This document shows positions 1 to 9,142 of a DNA stretch of 55,529 nucleotides, in pieces. Origin of the DNA: an uncultured Algibacter sp. (GTDB lineage: Bacteria; Bacteroidota; Bacteroidia; Flavobacteriales; Flavobacteriaceae). The position numbers and the translations under genes were made by a program. Numbering within the stretch: position 1 is the first letter of the stretch; each line of letters opens with the position of its first letter. Location: positions 1 through 55,529 of the forward strand of contig NZ_CAJQQI010000055.1 in the NCBI RefSeq assembly GCF_905480415.1, written 5' to 3'. The notes beneath the pieces are model-generated. The model was not told the origin of the DNA and made no database searches. It saw only the letters and a program-made list of their open reading frames with translations.

Positions 1-1354
1 GGTTGCGTTCTCCTCCAGAGAGTACACGTACATATTTTTCAGCCTCGTCTCCTCTAAACAAAAACGAACCTAAAATATCTCGAACTTTACTTCTATTAGT
101 TTCGTTTGCCGCATCAATCATGGTATCTAAAACTGTTTTATTACCATCAAGATATTCTGCTTGATTTTGAGCAAAATACCCAATCTGCACATTATGCCCT
201 AGTTTTAAATTCCCATCGTACTTAATATCACCAACTATTATTTTGGCCAATGTAGATTTACCTTGACCGTTTTGTCCAACAAAAGCTGTTTTACTATTAC
301 GCTCAATAAATAAATCAATATTTTTTAAAACTTGATTATCACCGTAATTTTTAGATATATTTTCAGCCTCAACAACAACTTTTCCTGGTGTTATCGAAAC
401 TGGAAAATTAAGCGTCATAACACTATTATCATCTGCATCAACCTCAATCCTATCAATTTTATCTAACTTTTTAATAAGCGATTGCGCCATAGTTGCCTTT
501 GAAGCTTTAGCACGAAACTTCTCAATTAACTTCTCAGTCTGTTCAATTTGTTTTTGCTGATTTTTTTGAGAGGCCAGCTGTTGTGTTCTTAACTCCTCAC
601 GCAAAACTAAATACTTCGTGTAAGGCTTTGGATAATCATAAATACGCCCTAGAGAAATTTCAATAGTCCTATTCGTAACATTATCTAAAAACATTTTATC
701 GTGCGATACAATAACCACGGCTCCCGCATAGTTTCTTAAAAACCCTTCTAACCAAATGATAGATTCTATATCTAAGTGATTTGTAGGTTCATCTAAAAGT
801 AAAATATCATTATTTTGTAGTAGTAGTTTAGCTAACTCAATACGCATACGCCATCCACCAGAAAAGGTATCAGTAAGCTTCTCAAAATCTTGTCGCTGAA
901 AACCTAATCCTTGAAGAATTTTTTCAGTATCTCCTTGATAGTTGTAACCACCAAGAATTTCATATTGATGCTGAAGCTCGTTAACGTCAATCATCAATTG
1001 ATGATAACCATCACTTTCATAATCAGTACGCTCAGCAAGTTGGGTGTTTACAGCCTCCATTTTAGCTTCTAACGTTTTAATTTCAGTAAACGCTTCATAG
1101 GCTTCTTCTAAAACAGTTCTACCTAAAATAAAATCTATATCCTGCTTTAAAAAACCAATTTTAAGTTCTTTATCAGCTGCAATTTGACCTGTATCAGGCT
1201 CCATCTCTTTTGATAAAATTTTCAGCATTGTAGATTTACCTGCTCCATTTTTCCCAATAAGCCCTATCCTATCACCATTACCTAATTTGAAAGTTATGTC
1301 TTCAAAAAGGTATTCCCCTTGAAATGAAATTGATAAATTATGGATGTTCATCAT
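1..1354 (-). CDS. ABC-F family ATP-binding protein (3' end runs off the window)
   Basis: Not in the ORF track. Manual translation from ATG at 1354 gives MMNIHNLSISFQGEYLFEDITFKLGNGDRIGLIGKNGAGKST (Walker A), then FSGGWRMR, LLLDEPTNHLD and a second Walker A GQNGQGKST; no TM segments. Confidence 0.9.
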   Translation of the reverse strand, partial: MMNIHNLSISFQGEYLFEDITFKLGNGDRIGLIGKNGAGKSTMLKILSKEMEPDTGQIAADKELKIGFLKQDIDFILGRTVLEEAYEAFTEIKTLEAKMEAVNTQLAERTDYESDGYHQLMIDVNELQHQYEILGGYNYQGDTEKILQGLGFQRQDFEKLTDTFSGGWRMRIELAKLLLQNNDILLLDEPTNHLDIESIIWLEGFLRNYAGAVVIVSHDKMFLDNVTNRTIEISLGRIYDYPKPYTKYLVLREELRTQQLASQKNQQKQIEQTEKLIEKFRAKASKATMAQSLIKKLDKIDRIEVDADDNSVMTLNFPVSITPGKVVVEAENISKNYGDNQVLKNIDLFIERNSKTAFVGQNGQGKSTLAKIIVGDIKYDGNLKLGHNVQIGYFAQNQAEYLDGNKTVLDTMIDAANETNRSKVRDILGSFLFRGDEAEKYVRVLSGGERN

Positions 1355-1395
1355 AGAAAGTAAACTTTTATTACAAAGCAGAATTATTAAAATGG

Positions 1396-1428
1396 TATTT
1401 TTGCTCTATAATTTAGCACGCAAAAGTA
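1396..1428. promoter_or_regulatory. Divergent Bacteroidota -7 promoter boxes: TATTTTTG (+, 1396-1403) and TACTTTTG (-, 1421-1428)
   Basis: Two exact TAnnTTTG matches in the 84-bp gap between divergent genes. Confidence 0.6.
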
Positions 1429-1438
1429 CATAAATTAT

Positions 1439-1822
1439 ATGTTTAAAAAAGGAACAAAATTATATTGTATTTTATCTGGTACTTGCCCAAAATGCCATGA
1501 AGAATCTATGTATAAAAACAAAAATCCTTATATTCTTTCTGAGGCTTTAAGCATGCATGAAACATGCAACAATTGCAATACAAAATATAAAATAGAACCC
1601 TCATTTTTTTATGGTGCTATGTATGTAAGTTATGGCGTAGGTATTGCCTTTGCTGTAGCTGCTTTTGTAATAAGTTACTTTGTTTTTAATGCAAGCATTA
1701 ATTATATTTTTATCTCTATTGTGGCAACTTTAATCGTTTTTATGCCCGTAATAATGAGGCTTTCCAGGAATATTTGGATTAACCTTTTTATGAATTACGA
1801 TAAATCTTTGGCGAAGAAATAA
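1439..1822 (+). CDS. DUF983 family membrane protein
   Basis: CPKC...CNNC zinc-ribbon pairs, EPSFFYGAMYVSY motif, two TM helices. Confidence 0.8.
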   Translation: MFKKGTKLYCILSGTCPKCHEESMYKNKNPYILSEALSMHETCNNCNTKYKIEPSFFYGAMYVSYGVGIAFAVAAFVISYFVFNASINYIFISIVATLIVFMPVIMRLSRNIWINLFMNYDKSLAKK

Positions 1823-1830
1823 TTTTTTAA

Positions 1831-1981
1831 GGCCCTACCGGCAGTCAGGATAACACAAAGGTCAGGCTATATTCTTTGATTTTTATATTAGATTAGTGAA
1901 CTCAGGAATATAAACAGTTAACTACTCGCTTACTCCTGTTTAGGTCAACTCAAAACAAAGTACTCGATCCCTAATGCGAGT
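1831..1981 (+). ncRNA. Degenerate Flavo-1-like structured RNA/repeat element
   Basis: GGC..TACC...GGTCAGGCTAT...ATCCCTAATGCG layout; the 15-mer ATCCCTAATGCGAGT (1967-1981) is the exact reverse complement of 49193-49207. Confidence 0.5.
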
Positions 1982-1999
1982 CCAACTGAAACTTTTAGT

Positions 2000-3043
2000 T
2001 TAAGATTTAAAACGATTAATATCAATTTCCTTTTCTAATGGTGCTTTGTGTTCAATAAAATCATAAAGTTGTTTAGCAACATAAGGGCCAATCATTACAC
2101 CTCGCGTTCCAAGTCCGTTCAATACAAATAGACTCTCATGTTCTTGGTGCTTACCAACCAAAGGCCTTCTATCTTTAACCGTAGGCCTAATACCAGCTAC
2201 TTGATCAACCACTTCAAAAGAACAATTTATAAGTTTTTTAAGTTTATCTAAAAGCTGTTCTTTTGCCTTTTTAGTAGTTTCATGACTTAAATCTTTCCAC
2301 TCATAAGTCGCACCAACCATATATAAATCATCACCTAACGGAATCAAAAAAACACCCGCTTTTAAAACATAATCAAATTTTAAATTTGGCGCGTGAATCG
2401 TCAATAACTCCCCTTTTGTTGGAACTAAAGGCAAATTATTAAAATACGGATTCTGTCTTACACCCGAACCTTCAGCAAATACGATATGTGTTGACTTTAT
2501 ATTTTTGTAATTAACCCCTTTACCTTGTATTTTTAGGTCATCATAATTAAATGAAGTTTCAAACAATAACTCATTTTTTAATAAATCGGTTTTATAAACT
2601 TCAATCATGGTTTTCACATCAACTCTACCTGTTTCTAAAACCTCACCAAAACCAAAAGACGCATCAATAGCGGTATTATCATTCTTAATAATTTTAGGGG
2701 AAAGATATCTTGAAAGCGACGGCTTATCTGAAGCTGCAAACCAATCATTTTGTTCTTCTAGAGAAGCAAATTTTCTATAAACAGGCATTTTATAATCTAG
2801 TTTTACATTGAGCCTATCTTCAATAGTTGCATAAAATGGCAGCGCAAGATCTAACTGCTCACTACTTTTCCAAACTGATGTAAAGCGTTTTAGTACAACC
2901 GGGTTATATAAGCCTCCGGCAACTGTTGAAGATTTTTGAGAAGCATTATCAAACACTACAAAGGTTTTGCCATTTGCTCTTAATTGCTCGCAAAAAGAAA
3001 TTCCAGCAATCCCTACACCAACTATAATATAATCTAACGTCAT
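2000..3043 (-). CDS. FAD-dependent oxidoreductase (DAO/glycine oxidase-like)
   Basis: N-terminal GxGxxG (IVGVGIAG), AGIRPT and NGLGTRG motifs. Confidence 0.85.
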   Translation of the reverse strand: MTLDYIIVGVGIAGISFCEQLRANGKTFVVFDNASQKSSTVAGGLYNPVVLKRFTSVWKSSEQLDLALPFYATIEDRLNVKLDYKMPVYRKFASLEEQNDWFAASDKPSLSRYLSPKIIKNDNTAIDASFGFGEVLETGRVDVKTMIEVYKTDLLKNELLFETSFNYDDLKIQGKGVNYKNIKSTHIVFAEGSGVRQNPYFNNLPLVPTKGELLTIHAPNLKFDYVLKAGVFLIPLGDDLYMVGATYEWKDLSHETTKKAKEQLLDKLKKLINCSFEVVDQVAGIRPTVKDRRPLVGKHQEHESLFVLNGLGTRGVMIGPYVAKQLYDFIEHKAPLEKEIDINRFKS

Positions 3044-3094
3044 AATGAAAGCTAAGATAATTAGAATGTAGATTCCTGACTACACATGAGTAAC

Positions 3095-3123
3095 AAAAAA
3101 AACGCCCACTTAAAAAGTGAGCG
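3095..3123 (-). terminator. Intrinsic terminator after gldN
   Basis: Minus strand CGCTCACTT-ttt-AAGTGGGCG followed by a U-tract. Confidence 0.75.
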
Positions 3124-3148
3124 CTTAAATTTTATGGATTATTATGGC

Positions 3149-4039
3149 TTAATAAGTCCACATGTCTAGTTCAAAATCTCTAATTTTATCTTTGATCCTT
3201 TCAGACTCAAGTAATTGCATTAGCGCATTTTGAGACACATATTCTGTTATGGCTCTATCACCTTGTACATTTTCTTCTCTGAAAATATATCCTTGAAAAC
3301 GTCTTGCATTCAACACGTGATCAAAAGAAAATGGCATAGAACTATTTTCATTGTTAAAAGATTTAGCCTCGTGTAATACCTCTCTCGCATCTGGGAAGAA
3401 TACCCAAAACAGAGGTACTAAATCTGGCTCAAAGTCATCAATAAAGTTAACATCTGGCGCAACAGGAGCAATACCTAACAATCTATATTTCATTTCAGCT
3501 TGACGCTTATCAAAATACCAAAGTCCTTTAATATGGTACTCCTTAATATCAGCAGCAGTAATATCTCTTTGATTAATATACTCTGCAGATAATTCTTCAC
3601 CAGCATTTAATTGCTCAATACCCAACTCTGTGGTATCAATCATTTTTAATGCAGATTCAATATCTTTTAAGGTTCTTTTTGTTGTAAAATAAGAATCATC
3701 ATAGATGTTTTTAATTTTTCCGTTTTGGATGTTCTTCATAAGTACATCATACAAAGACCTTCTATCACTCCCTATATTATTAGTATCTATTGGGTAGTAT
3801 AGAGGAAAATTTGCACGTTCATCTAGCACAACCTTTTCCCAAGTCATTTTAGAAAATAAGATATCTCTATCATCAACATAACCATATTCTAGAGGCTTGT
3901 CATTGTCAACTGCTTTTTGAGCCACAGTTCTCACACCTATTTCATCAGGGCTTTTAGCATTAAGTATATTAGCTTGAGCAAACATGCTTGATGCTGTAAA
4001 AACAGTAGCCACGGTTAATAAAAAACGTTTTAATTTCAT
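3149..4039 (-). CDS. gldN: Gliding motility/T9SS protein GldN
   Basis: Signal peptide, WYFDKRQAEMKYRLLGIAP motif, last gene of the K-L-M-N cluster. Confidence 0.95.
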   Translation of the reverse strand: MKLKRFLLTVATVFTASSMFAQANILNAKSPDEIGVRTVAQKAVDNDKPLEYGYVDDRDILFSKMTWEKVVLDERANFPLYYPIDTNNIGSDRRSLYDVLMKNIQNGKIKNIYDDSYFTTKRTLKDIESALKMIDTTELGIEQLNAGEELSAEYINQRDITAADIKEYHIKGLWYFDKRQAEMKYRLLGIAPVAPDVNFIDDFEPDLVPLFWVFFPDAREVLHEAKSFNNENSSMPFSFDHVLNARRFQGYIFREENVQGDRAITEYVSQNALMQLLESERIKDKIRDFELDMWTY

Positions 4040-4064
4040 CTTAATTATTATTTTACATTTTAAT

Positions 4065-4100
4065 TATTAGAGATAATCTTATGGAAGATTATCTCTAATA
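4065..4100. repeat. Perfect 16-bp hairpin between gldM and gldN
   Basis: TATTAGAGATAATCTT-atgg-AAGATTATCTCTAATA. Confidence 0.85.
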
Positions 4101-4107
4101 GTTTAAT

Positions 4108-5670
4108 CTAATTTGTAAGCTCAACAAAAACAGGCGATACTTTTTTAAGTATTACACTTACTCCACCAGCTTTTGCTTCTATGTCAAATATTTGAACACC
4201 AGATCCACGTTTAGCCTTAGCTAAAGCTTTTTGCGCTCTACTATCCAACTTATTTCCTTTAATATTTATTGTAGGCTGCCCAGGAACTTTAAATTTGAAT
4301 CCTGTTACACGTAGTGGTAATTCAAAATCAAAATCATCAAATTTAGCACCAACCGTAGAAATTTTAAGACTATTACGTTGCATTTTTATTGCACCATCTT
4401 CTCCTCTTATTGTACCTGTTGGTTTTGGCAAATCTTTAATTCTAAATTTAGCATTGTCTGATACCTTTTTACCATCAGGTAATGTAGCAGTAACGTTTAT
4501 GTTTACTTCTCTACCTTTAACTCGTGTAGCATCCATTACATAACTGCTGCCAGAGCCTCTTGAAAGCCCTTGAGCACTAGCTGTTACTTTATTATCTGGA
4601 ACACCAGCAAATGAAATGGTCATTGGGTTTTTAACACCTCTGTATACCACATTCATTTTATCTGCAGAAATGGTAGCAGAATTTGGTCTAGCAACAGTAG
4701 CAAATGAAGATTTTACAGGTACTTCAATTTCTTCACCATCCTGAGCAAAGATTAATTTACCTTCAATCTTATGTTCACCAACTCCACCAGCTCCAATTTT
4801 CAACTTTACTTTACCATCTTCAATAGAATATTGCTTTTCAGACAGTTTTCTACCATCTAAAGTTAATTCAACTCTACTAGGTTTGGTAGATGCATCTTTA
4901 CGACCTAATACGATTTGTCCATCAAATTGCTCACCATTAAAATAAGCAGATTTAGATGTTTCCATTAAGGTTGTATAGTTTGTCATTGATACCTCACTTG
5001 AAAGTGTACCTTGTAACATATTTGATAACACTTCAGATTCAGTAGTTTTAATATCTGCCTGAAGTTGAGTCATTTTGGTTAAAGATGCCACTAAAGGAAA
5101 CCCTTTATAATGATAATCTAACCATCCTTGAGATCTGTTATCTCTATTCTTAACATCATCAGTATTAAATTTATTTTTAACTTGTTTGATGATTGGCTCC
5201 ATACCTTTCTCTCCGGATAAGATTTTCACAACACCTTCTCTAAAGCCTTTCATCTGAGCTAAAAACTCTTCGCCGTCTTCTTTTATTTTATCGCCTTTAA
5301 AGAAATTTTTGTCTAGGTAATCACCTTTATCCATAATTTCATAATCCGTAGGATCATCAAGTTGAGCTGTCATTTTCCCTTTTAAATCTTCTAAATAAGC
5401 ATCAAAATCGTGCGCTAATTTGTCAATTTCGTTCGCTTTAGCTTTTAAGGGCTTATATTTTTCTGGTTGACCTTCAGCTTTTAGATCTAAACTAGCAACA
5501 AAACTGTGATTTCTTGTTTCGGCTGCTTCATTAGATTCAGTAAGCTTTTCGTTCATTAATCCGAAGGCTGAAAGCACTTCTTTCGACATATTTAATGCTA
5601 GCATTGCTATAAATATTAAATACATCAGATTGATCATCTTCTGTCTTGGTGATAAGTTATTTCCTGCCAT
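4108..5670 (-). CDS. gldM: Gliding motility/T9SS motor protein GldM
   Basis: SPRQKMINLMYLIFIAMLALN N-terminus; ADKMNVVYRG motif. Confidence 0.97.
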   Translation of the reverse strand: MAGNNLSPRQKMINLMYLIFIAMLALNMSKEVLSAFGLMNEKLTESNEAAETRNHSFVASLDLKAEGQPEKYKPLKAKANEIDKLAHDFDAYLEDLKGKMTAQLDDPTDYEIMDKGDYLDKNFFKGDKIKEDGEEFLAQMKGFREGVVKILSGEKGMEPIIKQVKNKFNTDDVKNRDNRSQGWLDYHYKGFPLVASLTKMTQLQADIKTTESEVLSNMLQGTLSSEVSMTNYTTLMETSKSAYFNGEQFDGQIVLGRKDASTKPSRVELTLDGRKLSEKQYSIEDGKVKLKIGAGGVGEHKIEGKLIFAQDGEEIEVPVKSSFATVARPNSATISADKMNVVYRGVKNPMTISFAGVPDNKVTASAQGLSRGSGSSYVMDATRVKGREVNINVTATLPDGKKVSDNAKFRIKDLPKPTGTIRGEDGAIKMQRNSLKISTVGAKFDDFDFELPLRVTGFKFKVPGQPTINIKGNKLDSRAQKALAKAKRGSGVQIFDIEAKAGGVSVILKKVSPVFVELTN

Positions 5671-5729
5671 GTGTAATTAGGTTTTTTTGTTAATTAATGT
5701 AATTTGGGATTATTTATTAACTCTCCTAA

Positions 5730-6365
5730 TTATTTATTCATTGCTGATAACATTCCTCCATATACACCATTTAATGATGATAAGTTAGACGCTAAAGATT
5801 GCATTTGCTCTTTCAATTTAGCAGCATCTTCAATAGACTCTTCGTTGATAGCCGATTGCTTATTAGCGCTTTCTAATTGTATTTTATATAAGCTATTTAG
5901 TGATTCCATTTGAGCCGCAGCCAATGATAATTCTTCACCATATTTCTTTGAAGCTTCAATAGAATCAACAGTAGATGACATGTTTTTAGCAGCACCTTCA
6001 AAACCTTTGATGCTCTCTCCCAAACTAGCGATTAATTCGCCATCAATTTTAGCTTCTTTCAATAAATCATCTAATTTTTTAGATAAAAGACCTTGAGCAT
6101 CTTCTTTTCCGTCTTTGCTCATTGATTGTCCCCCAGCTAATTCAGGGTAAACTAAAGCCCAATCTAAATCATCATCAACGGGTTCAAATGCTGATAATGC
6201 GAATATAATTGCTTCCGTTACAAGACCAATTGTTAACATTACGTTACCCGTTAAAGGTCCAATTTCGAAATGAATAATTTTAAATAGTGCACCAACGATT
6301 ACAATTGCTGCTCCTAACCCGTAGGCCATATTCATGAATTTCTTACTTGCTTTTGACTTTGCCAT
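5730..6365 (-). CDS. gldL: Gliding motility/T9SS motor protein GldL
   Basis: YGLGAAIVIVGALFKIIH, TEAIIF..SAFEP, C-terminal NLSSLNGVYGGMLSAM. Confidence 0.97.
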   Translation of the reverse strand: MAKSKASKKFMNMAYGLGAAIVIVGALFKIIHFEIGPLTGNVMLTIGLVTEAIIFALSAFEPVDDDLDWALVYPELAGGQSMSKDGKEDAQGLLSKKLDDLLKEAKIDGELIASLGESIKGFEGAAKNMSSTVDSIEASKKYGEELSLAAAQMESLNSLYKIQLESANKQSAINEESIEDAAKLKEQMQSLASNLSSLNGVYGGMLSAMNK

Positions 6366-6437
6366 AATTTTAGGTTTTTAATTTTAAGTAGGTTATTATA
6401 CTTAAGTTGGTTAATTATTCTTGATTTGGATTAAAAT

Positions 6438-7808
6438 TTATTTCCCCTTACTTGTTACTTGAGTCCCCATGTAATCTTGAACGGTTCTGAATCCTATATA
6501 ACTTCTTGCAGAATCTGCATATTCGTAATCTCTAGAACTAACTTGTAAAAAGTAAGCCACATCTTTCCATGAACCACCTCTTACAATTTTACGTTTGTTA
6601 TTCTTATCGTTTACACTTGGGTTTATACTTGATGTGTATTCATAAGATGAAGGATCGTAAGATGCATTCACCCATTCTGAAACATTTCCAGCCATGTTAT
6701 ATAAGTTATAATCATTTGGATCGTACGATTTAGCCTCGACAGTGTATAAAGCCTTATCTGCAGCATAGTCTCCTCTTACAGGTTTAAAGTTTGCCATAAA
6801 ACATCCTCTATCACTCTTAGTATAAGGGCCACCCCAAGGATATGTTGCGGCTTGAAGTCCACCTCTTGCAGCATACTCCCATTCAGCCTCAGATGGTAAT
6901 CTAAATGTATTTACCATTTGTGATCCTTTTTTTGATTTTTGGTATGTGTTTTTCCATAGTGTTCTCCACTCGCAAAACGCTTTGGCTTGTTTCCAAGTAA
7001 CACCTACAACAGGATAATCACTATAGGCATCATGCCATAAATAATCATTATGCATAGGCTCGTTGTATGAATATGCAAAATCTCTAATCCAAACTGTAGT
7101 GTCTGGGTAAATTTCTATTTCTTCTTTTATAATGACATCTTTACGCTTCACACCTCTTTTCTTAGCGGCTTCTTGAATGTCCATATGATTATACTGGAAT
7201 TTAAACTTTGTAACATCCCAAGTACGTTGTCCATTATAAGATTCTTCTAATGGCAAATACATCGTATCCATAACCTCTGCATAATACTCATCTAGATATT
7301 CAGACGTGTCACGAATTAAATCGATATCTTTATTTATCTTTCTACCTTCATATCCTGTTGGCCCTAAACCTGTATAATTATCATACATATACTTTTCATA
7401 AACCGACATGTTTTCAGGATCAGCATCACTAAATGCGAACTCCCCAATAGTCCCTTCATCAGCTGGGGTTAAACCAACCTCATCAGCTAAAATTGCCAAC
7501 TTCATTCTTACAATAGAATCTCTTACCCAATGCACAAATTGACGATATTCGCTATTGGTAATTTCTGTTGCATCCATATAAAAGGCTCTAACAGTAACTG
7601 TTTTTGAAGGCGCATCATTGACACCAGCTAAATCATCATCTGCCTTACCCATTATAAATGATCCACCAGGTATAAGCTCCATACCATAAGGCTTTTCTGG
7701 ATGCCATTTTTTCCCTTGTACACCTATCAGTTCGCCTCTATCTTTAGAGCCGCAACTCGATAACATTGCGAATACAGTGATTAATAATATAAACTTCTTA
7801 ATATCCAT
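6438..7808 (-). CDS. gldK: Gliding motility lipoprotein GldK
   Basis: Lipobox LSSC after the likely start at 7808 (MDIKK); FGE-sulfatase motifs RLPSEAEWEYAARGG, NMAGNVSEW, RGGSW. Confidence 0.96.
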   Translation of the reverse strand: MDIKKFILLITVFAMLSSCGSKDRGELIGVQGKKWHPEKPYGMELIPGGSFIMGKADDDLAGVNDAPSKTVTVRAFYMDATEITNSEYRQFVHWVRDSIVRMKLAILADEVGLTPADEGTIGEFAFSDADPENMSVYEKYMYDNYTGLGPTGYEGRKINKDIDLIRDTSEYLDEYYAEVMDTMYLPLEESYNGQRTWDVTKFKFQYNHMDIQEAAKKRGVKRKDVIIKEEIEIYPDTTVWIRDFAYSYNEPMHNDYLWHDAYSDYPVVGVTWKQAKAFCEWRTLWKNTYQKSKKGSQMVNTFRLPSEAEWEYAARGGLQAATYPWGGPYTKSDRGCFMANFKPVRGDYAADKALYTVEAKSYDPNDYNLYNMAGNVSEWVNASYDPSSYEYTSSINPSVNDKNNKRKIVRGGSWKDVAYFLQVSSRDYEYADSARSYIGFRTVQDYMGTQVTSKGK

Positions 7809-7966
7809 AGAAAACTTGAGGTTAATTATTTTAAGCTTCATTTTTGAAAGCGTAAACATATTTATATATTTTTAAAAAAACAACTTTTTATCTAAAAAAA
7901 TGACATTTCATCGTAAAAAAATAGCATTTCAGCGATGAAATCAGCAGTTAAACTAGTAGTAACCCC

Positions 7967-9133
7967 CTACACACTATTCTTTTGCAATGCTTTATACCAG
8001 CGATCTGGCACCTTATTATTACATGCATCTACATAATCTTGGTGCATGCAAGGTAATAACGTATGTCTTTTCAATTTATTATTGATTTCTGATAAAAAAG
8101 GAATTTCAATCCACCATCTTCCCGTTTTATTACTCTTATAAAATATCAACTCTTCAGATTCTACTAGTGTAATGTACTTTTGATAGTTTCTATCATCTGA
8201 AAAATCATCATCTTTCACTCTATAATTCACACCTTCCACAAAATACCATAGTATCTGGGCAACCAACATAGACGTAAGCTCGTCATCCTTTGACGGTTTG
8301 TATTCATACACACCAAACGAAGACACCTTATTACTTATCCCTGCATAACGCGCAATGGCACAAATTTCCTTTCCGTCTAAACCATTGGGTGAATATTTTT
8401 GTTTCAAACTGACTTCAGATCCCTTCACCGAAGTTAAATCTATACTTACAATATTAGCATCTCTTAAAACAGGTTCGACAATAGTAACATCGTTTGAAAT
8501 AGCTCCTAATCGGTAAGATTCAAAATATAAATTATCCATCAAATCTATTTCTTCTTGAGAATTAAAATAGGTTTGATAACCAATTGTCGCATAATTAAAG
8601 AGGTTATATGGCTGATCTAAAATAATTTTACCAACAAAACTGTTATTTTTTATGGGCTTTGAGGAATCTCCTAAGTTAAACTGAGCATCTACATTTACAA
8701 TATTCACCATAGGAATTAATGCATCATAAGCTCGATAATTAGCATAGGTAAGATCTTGTGAACCTCCGAGGATAAGTGGTATGATGTTTTTCTTTACTAG
8801 AATAGTTATAGCCTCTTTTAAAGCAAAGTAAGTGTCTTCAACACTTTCACCTCTATTAATATCCCCTAAATCGGCTATTGTGGTATTCCAACTTCCAGGA
8901 AAAAGGCTATAAAACGACTTTCTAATTTCATTCAATTGAAATTCTTCTCCTATATAATTGACATCATTTCTGTTTTCTAAAACACCAAGAATGGCCACAT
9001 TAACACCTTCCAAATCTGGAATACCATATTGTGCCGAATGAATTTTAAGTTTTCTACCCAGTGCTTGAGCAGATAAAAGCTCATTATGTGCTAAAACTGA
9101 ATCTGAAACTGGAGATAAAAAATTAAAGTTCAT
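7967..9133 (-). CDS. Arginase/formimidoylglutamase-fold protein with degenerate metal site
   Basis: ADLGD, LGGSQDLT, NVDAQFN and SPNGLDG ureohydrolase-like motifs. Confidence 0.75.
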   Translation of the reverse strand: MNFNFLSPVSDSVLAHNELLSAQALGRKLKIHSAQYGIPDLEGVNVAILGVLENRNDVNYIGEEFQLNEIRKSFYSLFPGSWNTTIADLGDINRGESVEDTYFALKEAITILVKKNIIPLILGGSQDLTYANYRAYDALIPMVNIVNVDAQFNLGDSSKPIKNNSFVGKIILDQPYNLFNYATIGYQTYFNSQEEIDLMDNLYFESYRLGAISNDVTIVEPVLRDANIVSIDLTSVKGSEVSLKQKYSPNGLDGKEICAIARYAGISNKVSSFGVYEYKPSKDDELTSMLVAQILWYFVEGVNYRVKDDDFSDDRNYQKYITLVESEELIFYKSNKTGRWWIEIPFLSEINNKLKRHTLLPCMHQDYVDACNNKVPDRWYKALQKNSV

Positions 9134-9142
9134 GTTGTTCTA

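Noticed and set aside
3069-3094. AGATTCCTGACTACACATGAGTAAC as a REP element
   Set aside because: Too degenerate; no intact palindrome
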